Shown here one piece after another: positions 52,478 to 61,747 of a stretch of DNA of 64,000 bases. Origin of the DNA: an uncultured delta proteobacterium (GTDB taxonomy: Bacteria; Desulfobacterota; Binatia; UBA9968); NCBI GenBank assembly GCA_963760795.1, contig CAVXEP010000015.1, forward strand, positions 64,001-128,000, written 5' to 3'. The position numbers were made by a program, and so were the translations under genes. The notes under the pieces were generated by a model. That model saw only the letters and a list, made by a program, of their open reading frames with translations. It was not told where the DNA came from and did not search any database. Each line of letters opens with the position of its first letter. Within the stretch, counting starts at the first letter, position 1.

Positions 52478-53113
52478 CTACGGTTTGTAGATAACGATCC
52501 GCAAATCCCTCCCCCGCCCGCCTTCCGGACAAGCGCTGATGGCGACCAAGCAGTCCATTTCCGAGCGGAAGTCGACCCTATCGCCCTCCGGCCGCGGCCG
52601 GGTCATCGAGTAGCGCATGCTGCCGCTCTTGGCGTTGATCACCATGGTTTGAAACACGTTGAGCGGGCTCGGCACATCTTCTTTCGCCACGCCGTGGGGC
52701 TTGAGCGCCTTGGCAAGATTCTCCCAGCAGCCATGCTTGGGCGCGACGACTTTTTTTCTACCCAATTTTTTCCACACGCCGCCGTAAATTTTGAAAATCT
52801 CCTCGCCCCATTTCTTGTAGAAAGACGTGCTGCACATGCCTTTCTCCATATCATGGCTGCCTTTGTAGGTGTCTTTGACGATGGTCTGCATGACGTTGTT
52901 GAATTTGGAAATGAGCACGTCGCCAGTCGACACGTAAATTTTCCCCTGGTCGACCTTGGTCCGCGCCTGATCGAATCGCTCTTTGACGTTGTGCAGATTG
53001 AACACGGTGTAGTCGGCGGTCGAATGCCCCATCACGCTAATGATCCGGCCTTTCTTGACGGCAAAGGTCGCGCCGCTATTGCTCTTAATGATCGACTCAC
53101 TGACGATTTTCAC
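52478..53113 (-). CDS. DUF1989 (urea carboxylase-associated family) protein
   Basis: ERFDQART, GSHDM..MC, HGCWENL, PLNVFQ, AISACP; GGAGG RBS before GTG. Confidence 0.88.
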   Translation of the reverse strand: MKIVSESIIKSNSGATFAVKKGRIISVMGHSTADYTVFNLHNVKERFDQARTKVDQGKIYVSTGDVLISKFNNVMQTIVKDTYKGSHDMEKGMCSTSFYKKWGEEIFKIYGGVWKKLGRKKVVAPKHGCWENLAKALKPHGVAKEDVPSPLNVFQTMVINAKSGSMRYSMTRPRPEGDRVDFRSEMDCLVAISACPEGGRGRDLRIVIYKP

Positions 53114-53260
53114 GCTCGCCTCCTCGGTGAAACGAAAATAATTTTTTGTAAGTTACCGACTGGTCCCGTCAAAAGCAAGTTAATCCCGCGCCGCGCTGGC
53201 AGTTTGATTGACTCTACCGTGGGCTCGTGGATAAATACGCGGCAAGTTGAGCGCAAACCC

Positions 53261-54095
53261 ATGAGCGATCCATCGGCAATCAACCCGTCATCCTCATCCG
53301 TCATCCAGGTCGAGAACGTTTCCAAAACCTTTCAGACTTCCGACGAAGACAAAATCGCCGCTCTCGAAAACATCTCACTCGAAATTCATCCCGGCGAGTT
53401 TGTCACCGTGGTCGGCCCGAGCGGTTGCGGCAAGTCGACTTTGATAAAATTAATCGCCGGCCTGGTCGGTTTGAGCGCCGGGCGGATTATCTGCCAGGGC
53501 GAAGAAGTGCGCGGTCTGAATACCAAGGTCGGCTACGTGCCGCAGGAAAGTAAACTGTTCCCCTGGCTCACCGTGGAAGAAAATGTCGCCTTCGGCCTCG
53601 ACAGCAAAGGCTATTCGAAAGAAGAGCGCACGCGAGCGAGTGCGCCATTACATTCAACTGGCCGGGCTGGCGGGTTTTGAGAAACGTTATCCCTCGCAGC
53701 TCTCCGGCGGCATGGCCAAGCGCGCCTCCATCGTCCGCGCGCTCGCCTACGATCCCACGGTGATATTGATGGACGAACCCTTCGGCCCGCTGGACGCCCA
53801 GACGCGCATGATCCTGCAAGACGAGCTGTTAAAAATCTGGGAGCAAAAGCGCCAAACGATCATCTTCGTGACGCACGATCTCGTCGAAGCCGTGGCGCTG
53901 GCCGACCGCGTCGTGGTGCTGACGCACCGGCCGGGAAAAATCCGCGACGTCATCACCGTGGCGATGCGCCGGCCGCGCAATATTTTCGAAATCCACCGGC
54001 AAGATGGTTTTGACGAAGCCCATGCCCGGCTATGGAATATTTTCCGCCATGAGCTCAATGTGCGGGATAACGGCGCCAACCCGACAACTGAATAG
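53261..54095 (+). CDS. NitT/TauT ABC ATP-binding protein (frameshift near 53630)
   Basis: GPSGCGKST in ORF 52403-53680; LSGGMAKR, MDEPFG and VTHD in ORF 53583-54095. Confidence 0.92.
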
Positions 54096-54099
54096 TGAC

Positions 54100-54936
54100 A
54101 TGAGCACCGATCGACAATCCCAAGTCCGCCGCACGCCGACACTGTCACAGCCTGGCTGGCGCCGGAACTTAATGATTCACGCCATTCGCATCTTCGTCGT
54201 CGGCGGTTTCTTCCTGCTCTGGGAAGTCGCCTCGGGCCGCTGGATCGAAGCGTTCTTGATCAGCAGCCCGAGCAAGATCTGGAAGGCGTTTTTGCAGGCC
54301 TTTCAATCCGGCGATCTGATCAATAATACCTGGGTGACCTTTCAGGAGATCGGCATCGGCTTTCCCATCGGCGCCTTGACCGGCATCTGGACCGGCTATA
54401 TTTTCGGCAGGAGCAAAGCGTTGGCTGAGATCTTCGAGCCAATCATCATCGCGCTCTACGGCGTGCCGCGCACGGCGCTGGCGCCGCTGTTCATCGTCTG
54501 GTTAGGCATCGGCATCTGGTCCAAGGTCGGCGTCGTCTTCATCCTGGTTTTCTTTCTGAATTTTTTTAACACCTACGCCGGCATGAAACAGCTCGATCAA
54601 GAGTTCGTCGATCTGGCGCGGCTGATGGGCGCCAACCGCTGGCGCTTGTCCTTTCGCGTCATCCTGCCGGCGGTGTCGCCGTACATTATCACCGGCTTCA
54701 AAACCAGCATCCCGTTCTCGGTCATCGGCGCCATCACCGGCGAATTCATCGCCGCCACCGAAGGGCTGGGCTATTACATCCGCGCCGCCGCCGGTGTGTT
54801 TAGAACCGCCGACGTGTTTGTCGGCATCGCCGTCTTGATGATAATCGTGATCCTAATGAACAAAGTTGCCGATCTGATCGAACGGCGCGTGTTGCGCTGG
54901 CAGACTCAGACCGAAAGCGTCCAGGTCCAAGGATAA
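54100..54936 (+). CDS. NitT/TauT ABC permease
   Basis: PRTALAPLF, DLARLMGA, GAITGEF. Confidence 0.93.
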   Translation: MSTDRQSQVRRTPTLSQPGWRRNLMIHAIRIFVVGGFFLLWEVASGRWIEAFLISSPSKIWKAFLQAFQSGDLINNTWVTFQEIGIGFPIGALTGIWTGYIFGRSKALAEIFEPIIIALYGVPRTALAPLFIVWLGIGIWSKVGVVFILVFFLNFFNTYAGMKQLDQEFVDLARLMGANRWRLSFRVILPAVSPYIITGFKTSIPFSVIGAITGEFIAATEGLGYYIRAAAGVFRTADVFVGIAVLMIIVILMNKVADLIERRVLRWQTQTESVQVQG

Positions 54937-54946
54937 GGAGGTTTCG

Positions 54947-55984
54947 ATGAATAAAAAGCTATGCGCGCTGGCCATCGCCGTCATGGCCTGGGACGCCGTC
55001 CCCGTCGGCGCTCAGCAAAAAGAAGAAATTACTATCACCACGGCGGTTTCCAACCTGGCTTTCTCGGCGGTCTGGGTCGCCGAGCAATTGAAATATTTCG
55101 ACCAGGAGGGCGTGCGCGCCAAAGTCGTCGCCGCCGGCGGCGGCTCGCAATGCCAGAGCGCGGTGGTCGGCCGTTCGGCGCAGTTCTGCGCCTCGTCGTC
55201 GGAAGGTTTGATCCTTGCCTACGCCGAAGGCGCGCCGTTGATCGCCGTGCAGTCGCATAACCGTAACATGACCCTCACAGTCGGCGTGCGCAAAGCGATC
55301 GTCGATAAATTAAAGCTCACGCGCAAAAGTCCGCTGCAGGAGCGCATGCAGGTGGTGACTCACCTTGGCACCATCGGCACCACCGGCCCCGGCGCGGTGT
55401 CGGAGCAAATCTTTCGCTTCATGGCCAACAAGGCCAAAGGCGCCGACCCGAGCAAGTTAAAATTCGCCGCCCTCGGCGGCAATGAACTGGTGCCGGCGCT
55501 GATGAACAACGTCATCGATGGCTTCGCCCAATCACCGCCATCGGTGGAGATCACCGAAGCCGCCGGCAAAGGCTACGCGCTGATCCCGTTGGGGCTCGGC
55601 GAGATAGCGGAATTCACCGACTATCACTACGAAGTCTTGATGGCCCGCCCCGACTACGCCGAGGCCAACCGCGCCACCACCACCGCGGTATCCCGCGCGA
55701 TCTCCCGCGCCGGCGCGCTCTACCACAGCAAACCCAATGAGTTCAAAGCCGCCCTGCGCGCCCATAAATTTTCCGACAAATCGAAGCTGGAAGACGATGT
55801 TTTCAACCTGGCCTACAGCATGGTCGCCCCGGCGATGCCCAAGTGGGGCAATATGACCGTCGAAGGGTGGAACAAGGTCATCAACTTCGCCGCCGGCGCC
55901 GGCATGTTGAAAGACCGCGCGAAGATCCCGACAGCCACCGAAGGATTGTTGTGGACCAACAAATTCATTGGCAAAGCGCCGTAG
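54947..55984 (+). CDS. NitT/TauT substrate-binding protein
   Basis: Signal peptide; YFDQEGV, GTTGPGA, WTNKF; AGGAGG RBS. Confidence 0.88.
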   Translation: MNKKLCALAIAVMAWDAVPVGAQQKEEITITTAVSNLAFSAVWVAEQLKYFDQEGVRAKVVAAGGGSQCQSAVVGRSAQFCASSSEGLILAYAEGAPLIAVQSHNRNMTLTVGVRKAIVDKLKLTRKSPLQERMQVVTHLGTIGTTGPGAVSEQIFRFMANKAKGADPSKLKFAALGGNELVPALMNNVIDGFAQSPPSVEITEAAGKGYALIPLGLGEIAEFTDYHYEVLMARPDYAEANRATTTAVSRAISRAGALYHSKPNEFKAALRAHKFSDKSKLEDDVFNLAYSMVAPAMPKWGNMTVEGWNKVINFAAGAGMLKDRAKIPTATEGLLWTNKFIGKAP

Positions 55985-56001
55985 CCTCGCGGCGCTCGGC
56001 C

Positions 56002-56195
56002 TTCCAGATTACAAATTCAAAATTCCATATTAGGAGACCGCGGCCGTGCGATCCGGCAATCTGGAATATGGAATTTGCAATTTGGCATTCGTTGAGCGCC
56101 GGCAAAATTTCAAATTACAGATTCCAAATTCCAGATTGGGAATTTGCCACTGATCGCAGCCCGGCTATTGAATCTGGAATTTGTAATCGGGAATT
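56002..56195. repeat. Double heptamer foldback array between convergent genes
   Basis: Two successive pairs of (ttccaga/ttacaaa/ttcaaaa)n and (atctgga/atatgga/atttgca)n arms. Confidence 0.85.
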
Positions 56196-56212
56196 CGCTG
56201 AGCGCGCAGCGC

Positions 56213-56887
56213 TCAGCGATACCCCATCGCCGCCAGGAATTGTTTCAGCGAGCCAAATCTTAAATAGGGATTGGTCTTCTTCTGCTCGCCGATGGTGGCT
56301 TGCTTGAGCGCCGCATAGTTGTGGCCGGGGAACAGAATCGTGTCTTCCGGCAGCGCCATCAGCTTTTGCGTCAGGCTGTAATACATCTGCTCGGCGTTGC
56401 CGCCGGGGAAATCCACGCGGCCGCAGGCGTCGATGAACATCGTGTCGCCCGAAACCACCCGCCCATCGACCAAAAAGCACTGCGAACCGGGCGTGTGGCC
56501 GGGGGTGTGCATGAGTTCGATCTCGATACCGCCGACGTCGATCTTGTCGCCGTGATCGGTTTTAACCAGGTCCGACGCTACCAAGCCTTTGAGAAACTCC
56601 GCCTCGGCCTTATGCACCACCACTTTGGCTTTGCACTTCTCCAACAATTCACTCACGCCGGCGATCTCGACGCCGGCGAACGCGCCGCCGACATGATCCG
56701 GGTGGGTGTGGGTGACGAAAGCGTGAGTAATCTCCATGTCGTCCTGGGCCGCGGTTTTGACAATCGTGTCGATCTCCCACGCCGCATCGACCACCGCGAC
56801 TTTGCGGGTCTCGGTGGAACCGATGAGATAGACGTAGTTCTGCATCGGGCCGATTTCGAGCTGTTTAAAATAAAGCGAAGGATTCAT
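56213..56887 (-). CDS. MBL-fold metallo-hydrolase (glyoxalase II / persulfide dioxygenase-like)
   Basis: THTHPDHVG, HTPGHTPGS, SGDTMF..CGRVDF, FPGHNY. Confidence 0.9.
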   Translation of the reverse strand: MNPSLYFKQLEIGPMQNYVYLIGSTETRKVAVVDAAWEIDTIVKTAAQDDMEITHAFVTHTHPDHVGGAFAGVEIAGVSELLEKCKAKVVVHKAEAEFLKGLVASDLVKTDHGDKIDVGGIEIELMHTPGHTPGSQCFLVDGRVVSGDTMFIDACGRVDFPGGNAEQMYYSLTQKLMALPEDTILFPGHNYAALKQATIGEQKKTNPYLRFGSLKQFLAAMGYR

Positions 56888-56910
56888 GAGAGCACTGTAG
56901 CAATGGCTGC

Positions 56911-56944
56911 GGAATTTGTAATGTGAAATTTGCTATATGGAATT
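56911..56944. repeat. Heptamer array, single arm
   Basis: ggaattt gtaatgt gaaattt gctatat ggaatt. Confidence 0.6.
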
Positions 56945-56949
56945 CGCTT

Positions 56950-57396
56950 TCAGCGTCCTTTCGCTGAAAGCGATTGGTAGCTAACCCCGTCGCCATTATC
57001 ACTACTCACCGGCAGCCCCGACGCCGACCAGCCCGGCGCGATGACCGTTCCAGATTGGTCGCGCATGCCGCCGAAGCCGCCGAGTAAGTTGGAAATGTCC
57101 TGATAACCGGCTTCTAACAGCATACCCGCCGCCCTAGTGGAGCGCGGACCTGCCTGGCAACCGACGATGATTTTCTTGTCTTTGGCAAAGTTTTTATCGA
57201 CGACGTTGACGAAGTTCTCATTCAACACCATGCCGCGCGCCGGATCGGCAAACGCCACGGGAATATTCACCGCGCCGGCCGGATGGCCATTGGCAAACTC
57301 CTGCGCCGTGCGCACGTCGATGTAGACGACGCTCTTATCGGCGCTTAGAGTTTCGTGCGCCTGTTGTGGTGTGATCTCTTTGATCGCCATAGTCAT
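56950..57396 (-). CDS. Rhodanese-like domain protein
   Basis: IDVRT..EF..GHP.GAVNIP; active loop CQAGPRS; GGFGG. Confidence 0.93.
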   Translation of the reverse strand: MTMAIKEITPQQAHETLSADKSVVYIDVRTAQEFANGHPAGAVNIPVAFADPARGMVLNENFVNVVDKNFAKDKKIIVGCQAGPRSTRAAGMLLEAGYQDISNLLGGFGGMRDQSGTVIAPGWSASGLPVSSDNGDGVSYQSLSAKGR

Positions 57397-57413
57397 AATC
57401 CATTTCCAAGTTC

Positions 57414-57441
57414 GTTGAACTTTGAACCTTGAACGTTGAAC
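57414..57441 (-). repeat. 4 x heptamer GTTCAAN array
   Basis: gttgaac tttgaac cttgaac gttgaac. Confidence 0.8.
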
Positions 57442-57456
57442 CGCGCGGTGCGCGCG

Positions 57457-58228
57457 CTACATCCCCATAATATTGTAGCCGGCGTCGACATGCACGACTT
57501 CGCCGGTCACGGCGCTGCCCCAGTCGCTGCATAGATATAGCGCGGTTTTGCCGACTTCTTCGGCGTCGATGTTGCGCTTCAGCGGCGCGCGCTCGGCGAC
57601 GTGGTGCAGCATGGATTTGAAGTCGGAAATGCCAGCCGCCGCAAGGGTTCGCAGCGGCCCGGCGGATATCGCGTTGACGCGAATGCCCTTTCGGTCCGAG
57701 ATCATGGGCCAGATAACGCACGCTCGCTTCCAACGCGGCTTTGGCTACGCCCATGACATTGTAGTTGGGAATGACTTTTTCCGAACCCATGTAGGTCAGC
57801 GTCAAGACCGCACCGTTGCGCCCTTCCATCAGCGGCGCGGCGTGGCGCGTCAGTGAAACCAGTGAATAGGCGCTGACATCCATCGCCAGATGAAATCCCG
57901 CCCGGCTGGTCTGCACATAGGGATTGGCCAGGTCTTCTTTATTAGCGAAGGCGATGGCGTGGATCAAGATGTCGAGACCGCCCCATTCCTGCTTGAGCGT
58001 CGCGAAAACTTTCTCGACCTCTTCGTCCTTGGTCACGTCGCAGGGCAAGATAATTTTCGCGCCGATTCCCTCGGCCAACGGCCGCACGCGCTTCTCCAAA
58101 ATCTCGCCGGCGAAGGTAAAGGCCAACTCCGCCCCCTCGGCATGAAACGCCTCCGCGATCGCCCAAGCGATGCTCCGCTCATTGGCCACGCCAAAGATCG
58201 CCGCCTTTTTCCCCTCCAACAGTTTCAT
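57457..58228 (-). CDS. fabI: Enoyl-ACP reductase (frameshift near 57686)
   Basis: GVANERSIAWAIA, SAYSL, YNVMGVAKAALEASVRYLA, RVNAISAGPLRTLAA, TGEVVHVDAG. Confidence 0.95.
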
Positions 58229-58244
58229 GAACGCCTCCCCGCCT

Positions 58245-58275
58245 ATTTTGGATTTTGGATTTTCGATTTTAGATT
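58245..58275 (-). repeat. Heptamer AATCYAA/AATCGAA array
   Basis: attttgg attttgg attttcg attttag att, just upstream of the fabI RBS. Confidence 0.8.
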
Positions 58276-58383
58276 GTCGGACAGAGAATCCAGAACTCGG
58301 AGCCAAGAATTTTCATCCACGCGTGTACTTCCTAATCCAAATCCGTCCGAGTCGCCTTACTCCTCACTATTCACTCCTAACAG

Positions 58384-59446
58384 TCACCTGATGATTCTAC
58401 TCGCCCGCGCCAACACTTCGGGTGGTATCGTCATGCCGAGCTGCTTTGCCGTCTTCAGGTTGATGACCAAATCGAACTTCTTGGGCCGTTCCACGGGTAT
58501 GTCAGCGGGTTTTGTCCCTTTGAGAATCATATCGACGATCTCAGCGGCGCGCCGAAACATCTCTGCACGATCCTCCCCGTAAGACATCAATCCACCTGCC
58601 TCAACAAACCGCTCGACAATATACATTGCTGGAAGCCGATTCTTTGTCGCCAGATCTATGATCCGTTTCTCGTGAAAGGCGAAGAACCCGCCGCCTCCCA
58701 GCATAAGCGCCTGAGCCCGCTTTTTGGTTGCGGCTTGAAATGCCCCTTCGAAGTCGTCAGGCCCTTTCACCTCTATGGATTGAAGCCCTATCCGTAAAAA
58801 CCGAGCTACAGGCTCCACCTCCTTCAACTCATCGTCCGCGTTGGGATTGGTCGGACTCCAGAGAAAAGCCACTCGCGCGAGCTTGGGAACCGTTTCTTTT
58901 AATAGCTCGAGCCGTTTGCCGTATAGCTCGGCGCCAGCATTGGTCATCCCCGTTATGTTTCCACCCGGATGCGCGAGGTCGGCGACAATACCACGCCTTA
59001 CGGCATCCGCGCCGAATGCCATGACAACGGGGATCGTCTTGATCACGTCCTTGGCAGTCTGCGCCGCTTCAGTTCCTTGGGTAACGATGACACCACAGTT
59101 GAGACGGACGAACTCGGCGGCAAAGTTTTGGAGGCGGTCAACATTGCCCTCCCAATACCGATAATCGATTGTGAGGTTCTGCCCCTCGACATAGCCGAGC
59201 TCCCGTAAACGTTGTTGAAATGGCTTTATGATTTCCGCTGTAGCAGAAACGGTGTTCCCTAGATAACATACGCGTGCAACTTTCTTAGGGTGCTGCGCGT
59301 CGACCATTACCATCACCACAGCGCAAGACGTGATAGCGATCGGCGACAAGCCCAACCCATTTTGGATTTTGGTCCGCGTGGCCGCTTTTAGATTTTGGAT
59401 TACCGGAACAAGAATTCCGGACTGAATTCCAAAGTCTGTGTGTCAT
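58384..59446 (-). CDS. ABC_sub_bind-type substrate-binding protein (frameshift near 59341)
   Basis: LRELGYVEGQN, LAHPGGNITG, GKRLELLKE, GGLMSYG, PADIPVERP.KF.LVINLKTAK; upstream frame MTHRLWNS..NPKSK..QNPKWVGLVA supplies the leader. Confidence 0.88.
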
Positions 59447-59463
59447 CGATTTGCCCTAGTTCA

Positions 59464-59544
59464 ATCCAAAATCGAAAATCCAAAATTACTAGCGCTTCCT
59501 CGGCTTTTCTTTTTCCCTTTGCCTTTTTACTTTTTACTTTTGCC
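59464..59544. repeat. Heptamer arrays: AATCCAA-type (59464-59487) and AAAAGKA-type overlapping the PduO stop (59504-59544)
   Basis: aatccaa aatcgaa aatccaa aatt; minus strand aaaagta aaaagta aaaaggc aaaggga aaaagaa. Confidence 0.7.
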
Positions 59545-60138
59545 TTGGCCGCGCAATCCGCGCTGCCAAAGATACTCCGGTTCGCCCATTTGATGACTGA
59601 TCCAGCGCGCTAGGACGAAAAACAAATCGCTCAGCCGGTTAAGATATTTAATCACGTCGTCGTTGATCATTTCCTCGCGCGATAGGCGCAAGACATCCCG
59701 TTCGACGCGCCGGCACACCGTGCGGCACTGGTGCAAGTAGGCGCCGATGCGGCCGCCGCCGGGCAGGATGAAGGACTGCAACGGTTCGAGATCTTTCTGG
59801 CACTGGTCGATCCATTTTTCCAGCCGCTTGATTTCATCCGCGCCGACGCGGTACATGCCCGCTTGGAAAAACTCCGGCGGCGTCGCCAGCTCGCTGCCGA
59901 TATCGAACAGCTCGTCTTGTATCTGGCACAGGACTTCGTCGAGAAACCGATGCCCTTCACCCGATTCGCGATCTTCTTCGTTGAAAACCCGCGCCACGCC
60001 GACAACCGAGTTCAGCTCATCGACGGCGCCATAGGCCTCGACCCGCAGCGAGTCCTTGGCGACGCGCTTGCCGCCGACCAGCCCGGTCTCGCCCCGGTCG
60101 CCTGTGCGTGTGTAAACTTTAGTGATGCGAACAGCCAT
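59527..60138 (-). CDS. PduO-type cob(I)alamin adenosyltransferase
   Basis: KVYTRTGDRGETGL, AYGAVDELNS, FILPGG, RTVCRRVER, YLNRLSDLFF. Confidence 0.95.
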   Translation of the reverse strand: MAVRITKVYTRTGDRGETGLVGGKRVAKDSLRVEAYGAVDELNSVVGVARVFNEEDRESGEGHRFLDEVLCQIQDELFDIGSELATPPEFFQAGMYRVGADEIKRLEKWIDQCQKDLEPLQSFILPGGGRIGAYLHQCRTVCRRVERDVLRLSREEMINDDVIKYLNRLSDLFFVLARWISHQMGEPEYLWQRGLRGQGKSKK

Positions 60139-60156
60139 GGATCTCAATTCAATTGA

Positions 60157-60268
60157 GAATGAAAAGTGCAGAATGCAAAATTCAAAATTAAGACAATCGA
60201 AACAGCTCCAAATCTATTCCTAAATTTTGCATTCTGCATTCTATCTGCACTTTTCATTTTGCATTCTG
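60157..60268. repeat. Heptamer foldback array AATGCAR / YTGCATT
   Basis: gaatgaa aagtgca gaatgca aaattca aaatt ... ttttgca ttctgca ttct..tgcactt ttcattt tgcattc. Confidence 0.85.
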
Positions 60269-60271
60269 TCT

Positions 60272-61642
60272 TCAGCTCTTCGCCGCCCGCTTGCGCCAGA
60301 TCAAATAAGCCGGAATGCCCAGGCAAACGATGGCGAGACCGATCAGCGAATCTTTCGGTTTTTCGGTCACCGAGCCCCAGACGATCCACAGGTGAACCAG
60401 GACAAAGAGTATCGGCACCAGCGGATAGCCCCAGAGCCGATAGGGCCGTTTGAGTTCCGGCCGCTTGATACGAAGCACGATCACCGAGCCTACCGTGAAA
60501 GCGGAGAAAAGTGTGATGACCACGCTGACATAGGTAAACAAAGTGCCCCAAGTATTGGTGAGAATCAGCAGACAACACCACAAGGCCTGGAGCAGAATCG
60601 CCTTGGTCGGCGTGCCGAAGCTCGGGTGAACGTAGGTGAGCTGGTGAAAGAAGACACCGTCCTTCGCCATCGCATAATAGATGCGTGGCCCGATCATCGT
60701 CACCACGTTGAGCGCGCCGAGAATCGACACCGTGATGATTGCGGTGATCCAGGCTGAGGTCTTGTAGCCGAACAGCGCCGTGGTCGCGACTTCCGACATG
60801 CGCAGCGCGCCTTTCATCTCGGTCACCGGCACGGCATAGATATAGACGGCGTTAATCGCCAAGTAGAGCGCGATAACTATAAGCACGCCGTACATCAGCG
60901 CCCGTGGCAGGTTCCTATCGGGATCTTCCACTTCGCCGGCAATGTAGGTCACCGCGTTCCAGCCCGAGTAAGCAAAGATCACCGGAATGAAGGCCGCGCC
61001 GAACAAACTTGAGTTGCCGATCTTACTCCAGTCGAACAGCGGTTGGAAGTGGCTCGTGTTGCCGTTGCCGAAGAATATGCCGAGTAGAATGATCCCCAGG
61101 AGCGCGCCGATCTTCAAGATCGTCAAGATATTCTGCGTCACAGTTCCTTGCCGGACGCCCATACAGTGGAGTCCGGACAAGAGCAACACGACCCCGATGG
61201 AAAACAGCGTGCCAATTTTGACGGTGATCGGTATCAACGGTAGAGACAGAGAAAAGATCACTTCTTCCGAACCCAAGATAGGGAAAAAGAATGACATAAA
61301 GCCGTTCAAGATGACCGAGAGAAATGCGATGGCGCCGGAAAAAGTTACCAGAAACGAAGACCAGCCGGAGAGAAATCCCATCAGTCTGCCGTAAGCCTCG
61401 CGGATGTAAATGTAATCGCCGCCAGCGTAGGGCAGGCTTGCGGCCAATTCGGCGCAAGTCAGCGCGCCGGCAAGAGCCAGCAAGCCGCCAAAAAGCCAGA
61501 CGAGCAAGACACCGCCGGGGGACGGCAAGGTCTCCGCGATCGCCCCAGTAGAGATAAAAATTCCCGTGCCGATCATATCGCCGGCGATCAGCATCACCGC
61601 TGAAAACAACCCGATTTGCCGCTTGAGTTCAGTTTGCGCCAT
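60272..61642 (-). CDS. APC family amino acid permease
   Basis: GDMIGTGIF, AELAASLP.AGGDY, FAYSGWN, RPYRLWGYP. Confidence 0.93.
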   Translation of the reverse strand: MAQTELKRQIGLFSAVMLIAGDMIGTGIFISTGAIAETLPSPGGVLLVWLFGGLLALAGALTCAELAASLPYAGGDYIYIREAYGRLMGFLSGWSSFLVTFSGAIAFLSVILNGFMSFFFPILGSEEVIFSLSLPLIPITVKIGTLFSIGVVLLLSGLHCMGVRQGTVTQNILTILKIGALLGIILLGIFFGNGNTSHFQPLFDWSKIGNSSLFGAAFIPVIFAYSGWNAVTYIAGEVEDPDRNLPRALMYGVLIVIALYLAINAVYIYAVPVTEMKGALRMSEVATTALFGYKTSAWITAIITVSILGALNVVTMIGPRIYYAMAKDGVFFHQLTYVHPSFGTPTKAILLQALWCCLLILTNTWGTLFTYVSVVITLFSAFTVGSVIVLRIKRPELKRPYRLWGYPLVPILFVLVHLWIVWGSVTEKPKDSLIGLAIVCLGIPAYLIWRKRAAKS

Positions 61643-61747
61643 AGCGATTAGAAATACAGGGAAACGGCAAAACAGGCAACGTCGAATCGTAATTTCTGCA
61701 GCGAGAAGCATTCATAAGAACTCGCAACAGACAGAACGGGGTAGGCC

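Noticed and set aside
53114-53260. Guanidine riboswitch upstream of the DUF1989 gene
   Set aside because: I could not find twin ACGR-loop hairpins or ykkC consensus by eye.
52403-53680. 425-aa ORF as a novel fusion to an ABC ATPase
   Set aside because: The 5' part is the antisense shadow of the DUF1989 gene plus a repeat; the real start is ATG 53261.
56002-56195. Possible CRISPR array (also 44867-44954 and 47545-47624)
   Set aside because: Units are 7-8 nt and degenerate, with no 25-40-nt direct repeats, no unique spacers and no cas genes.
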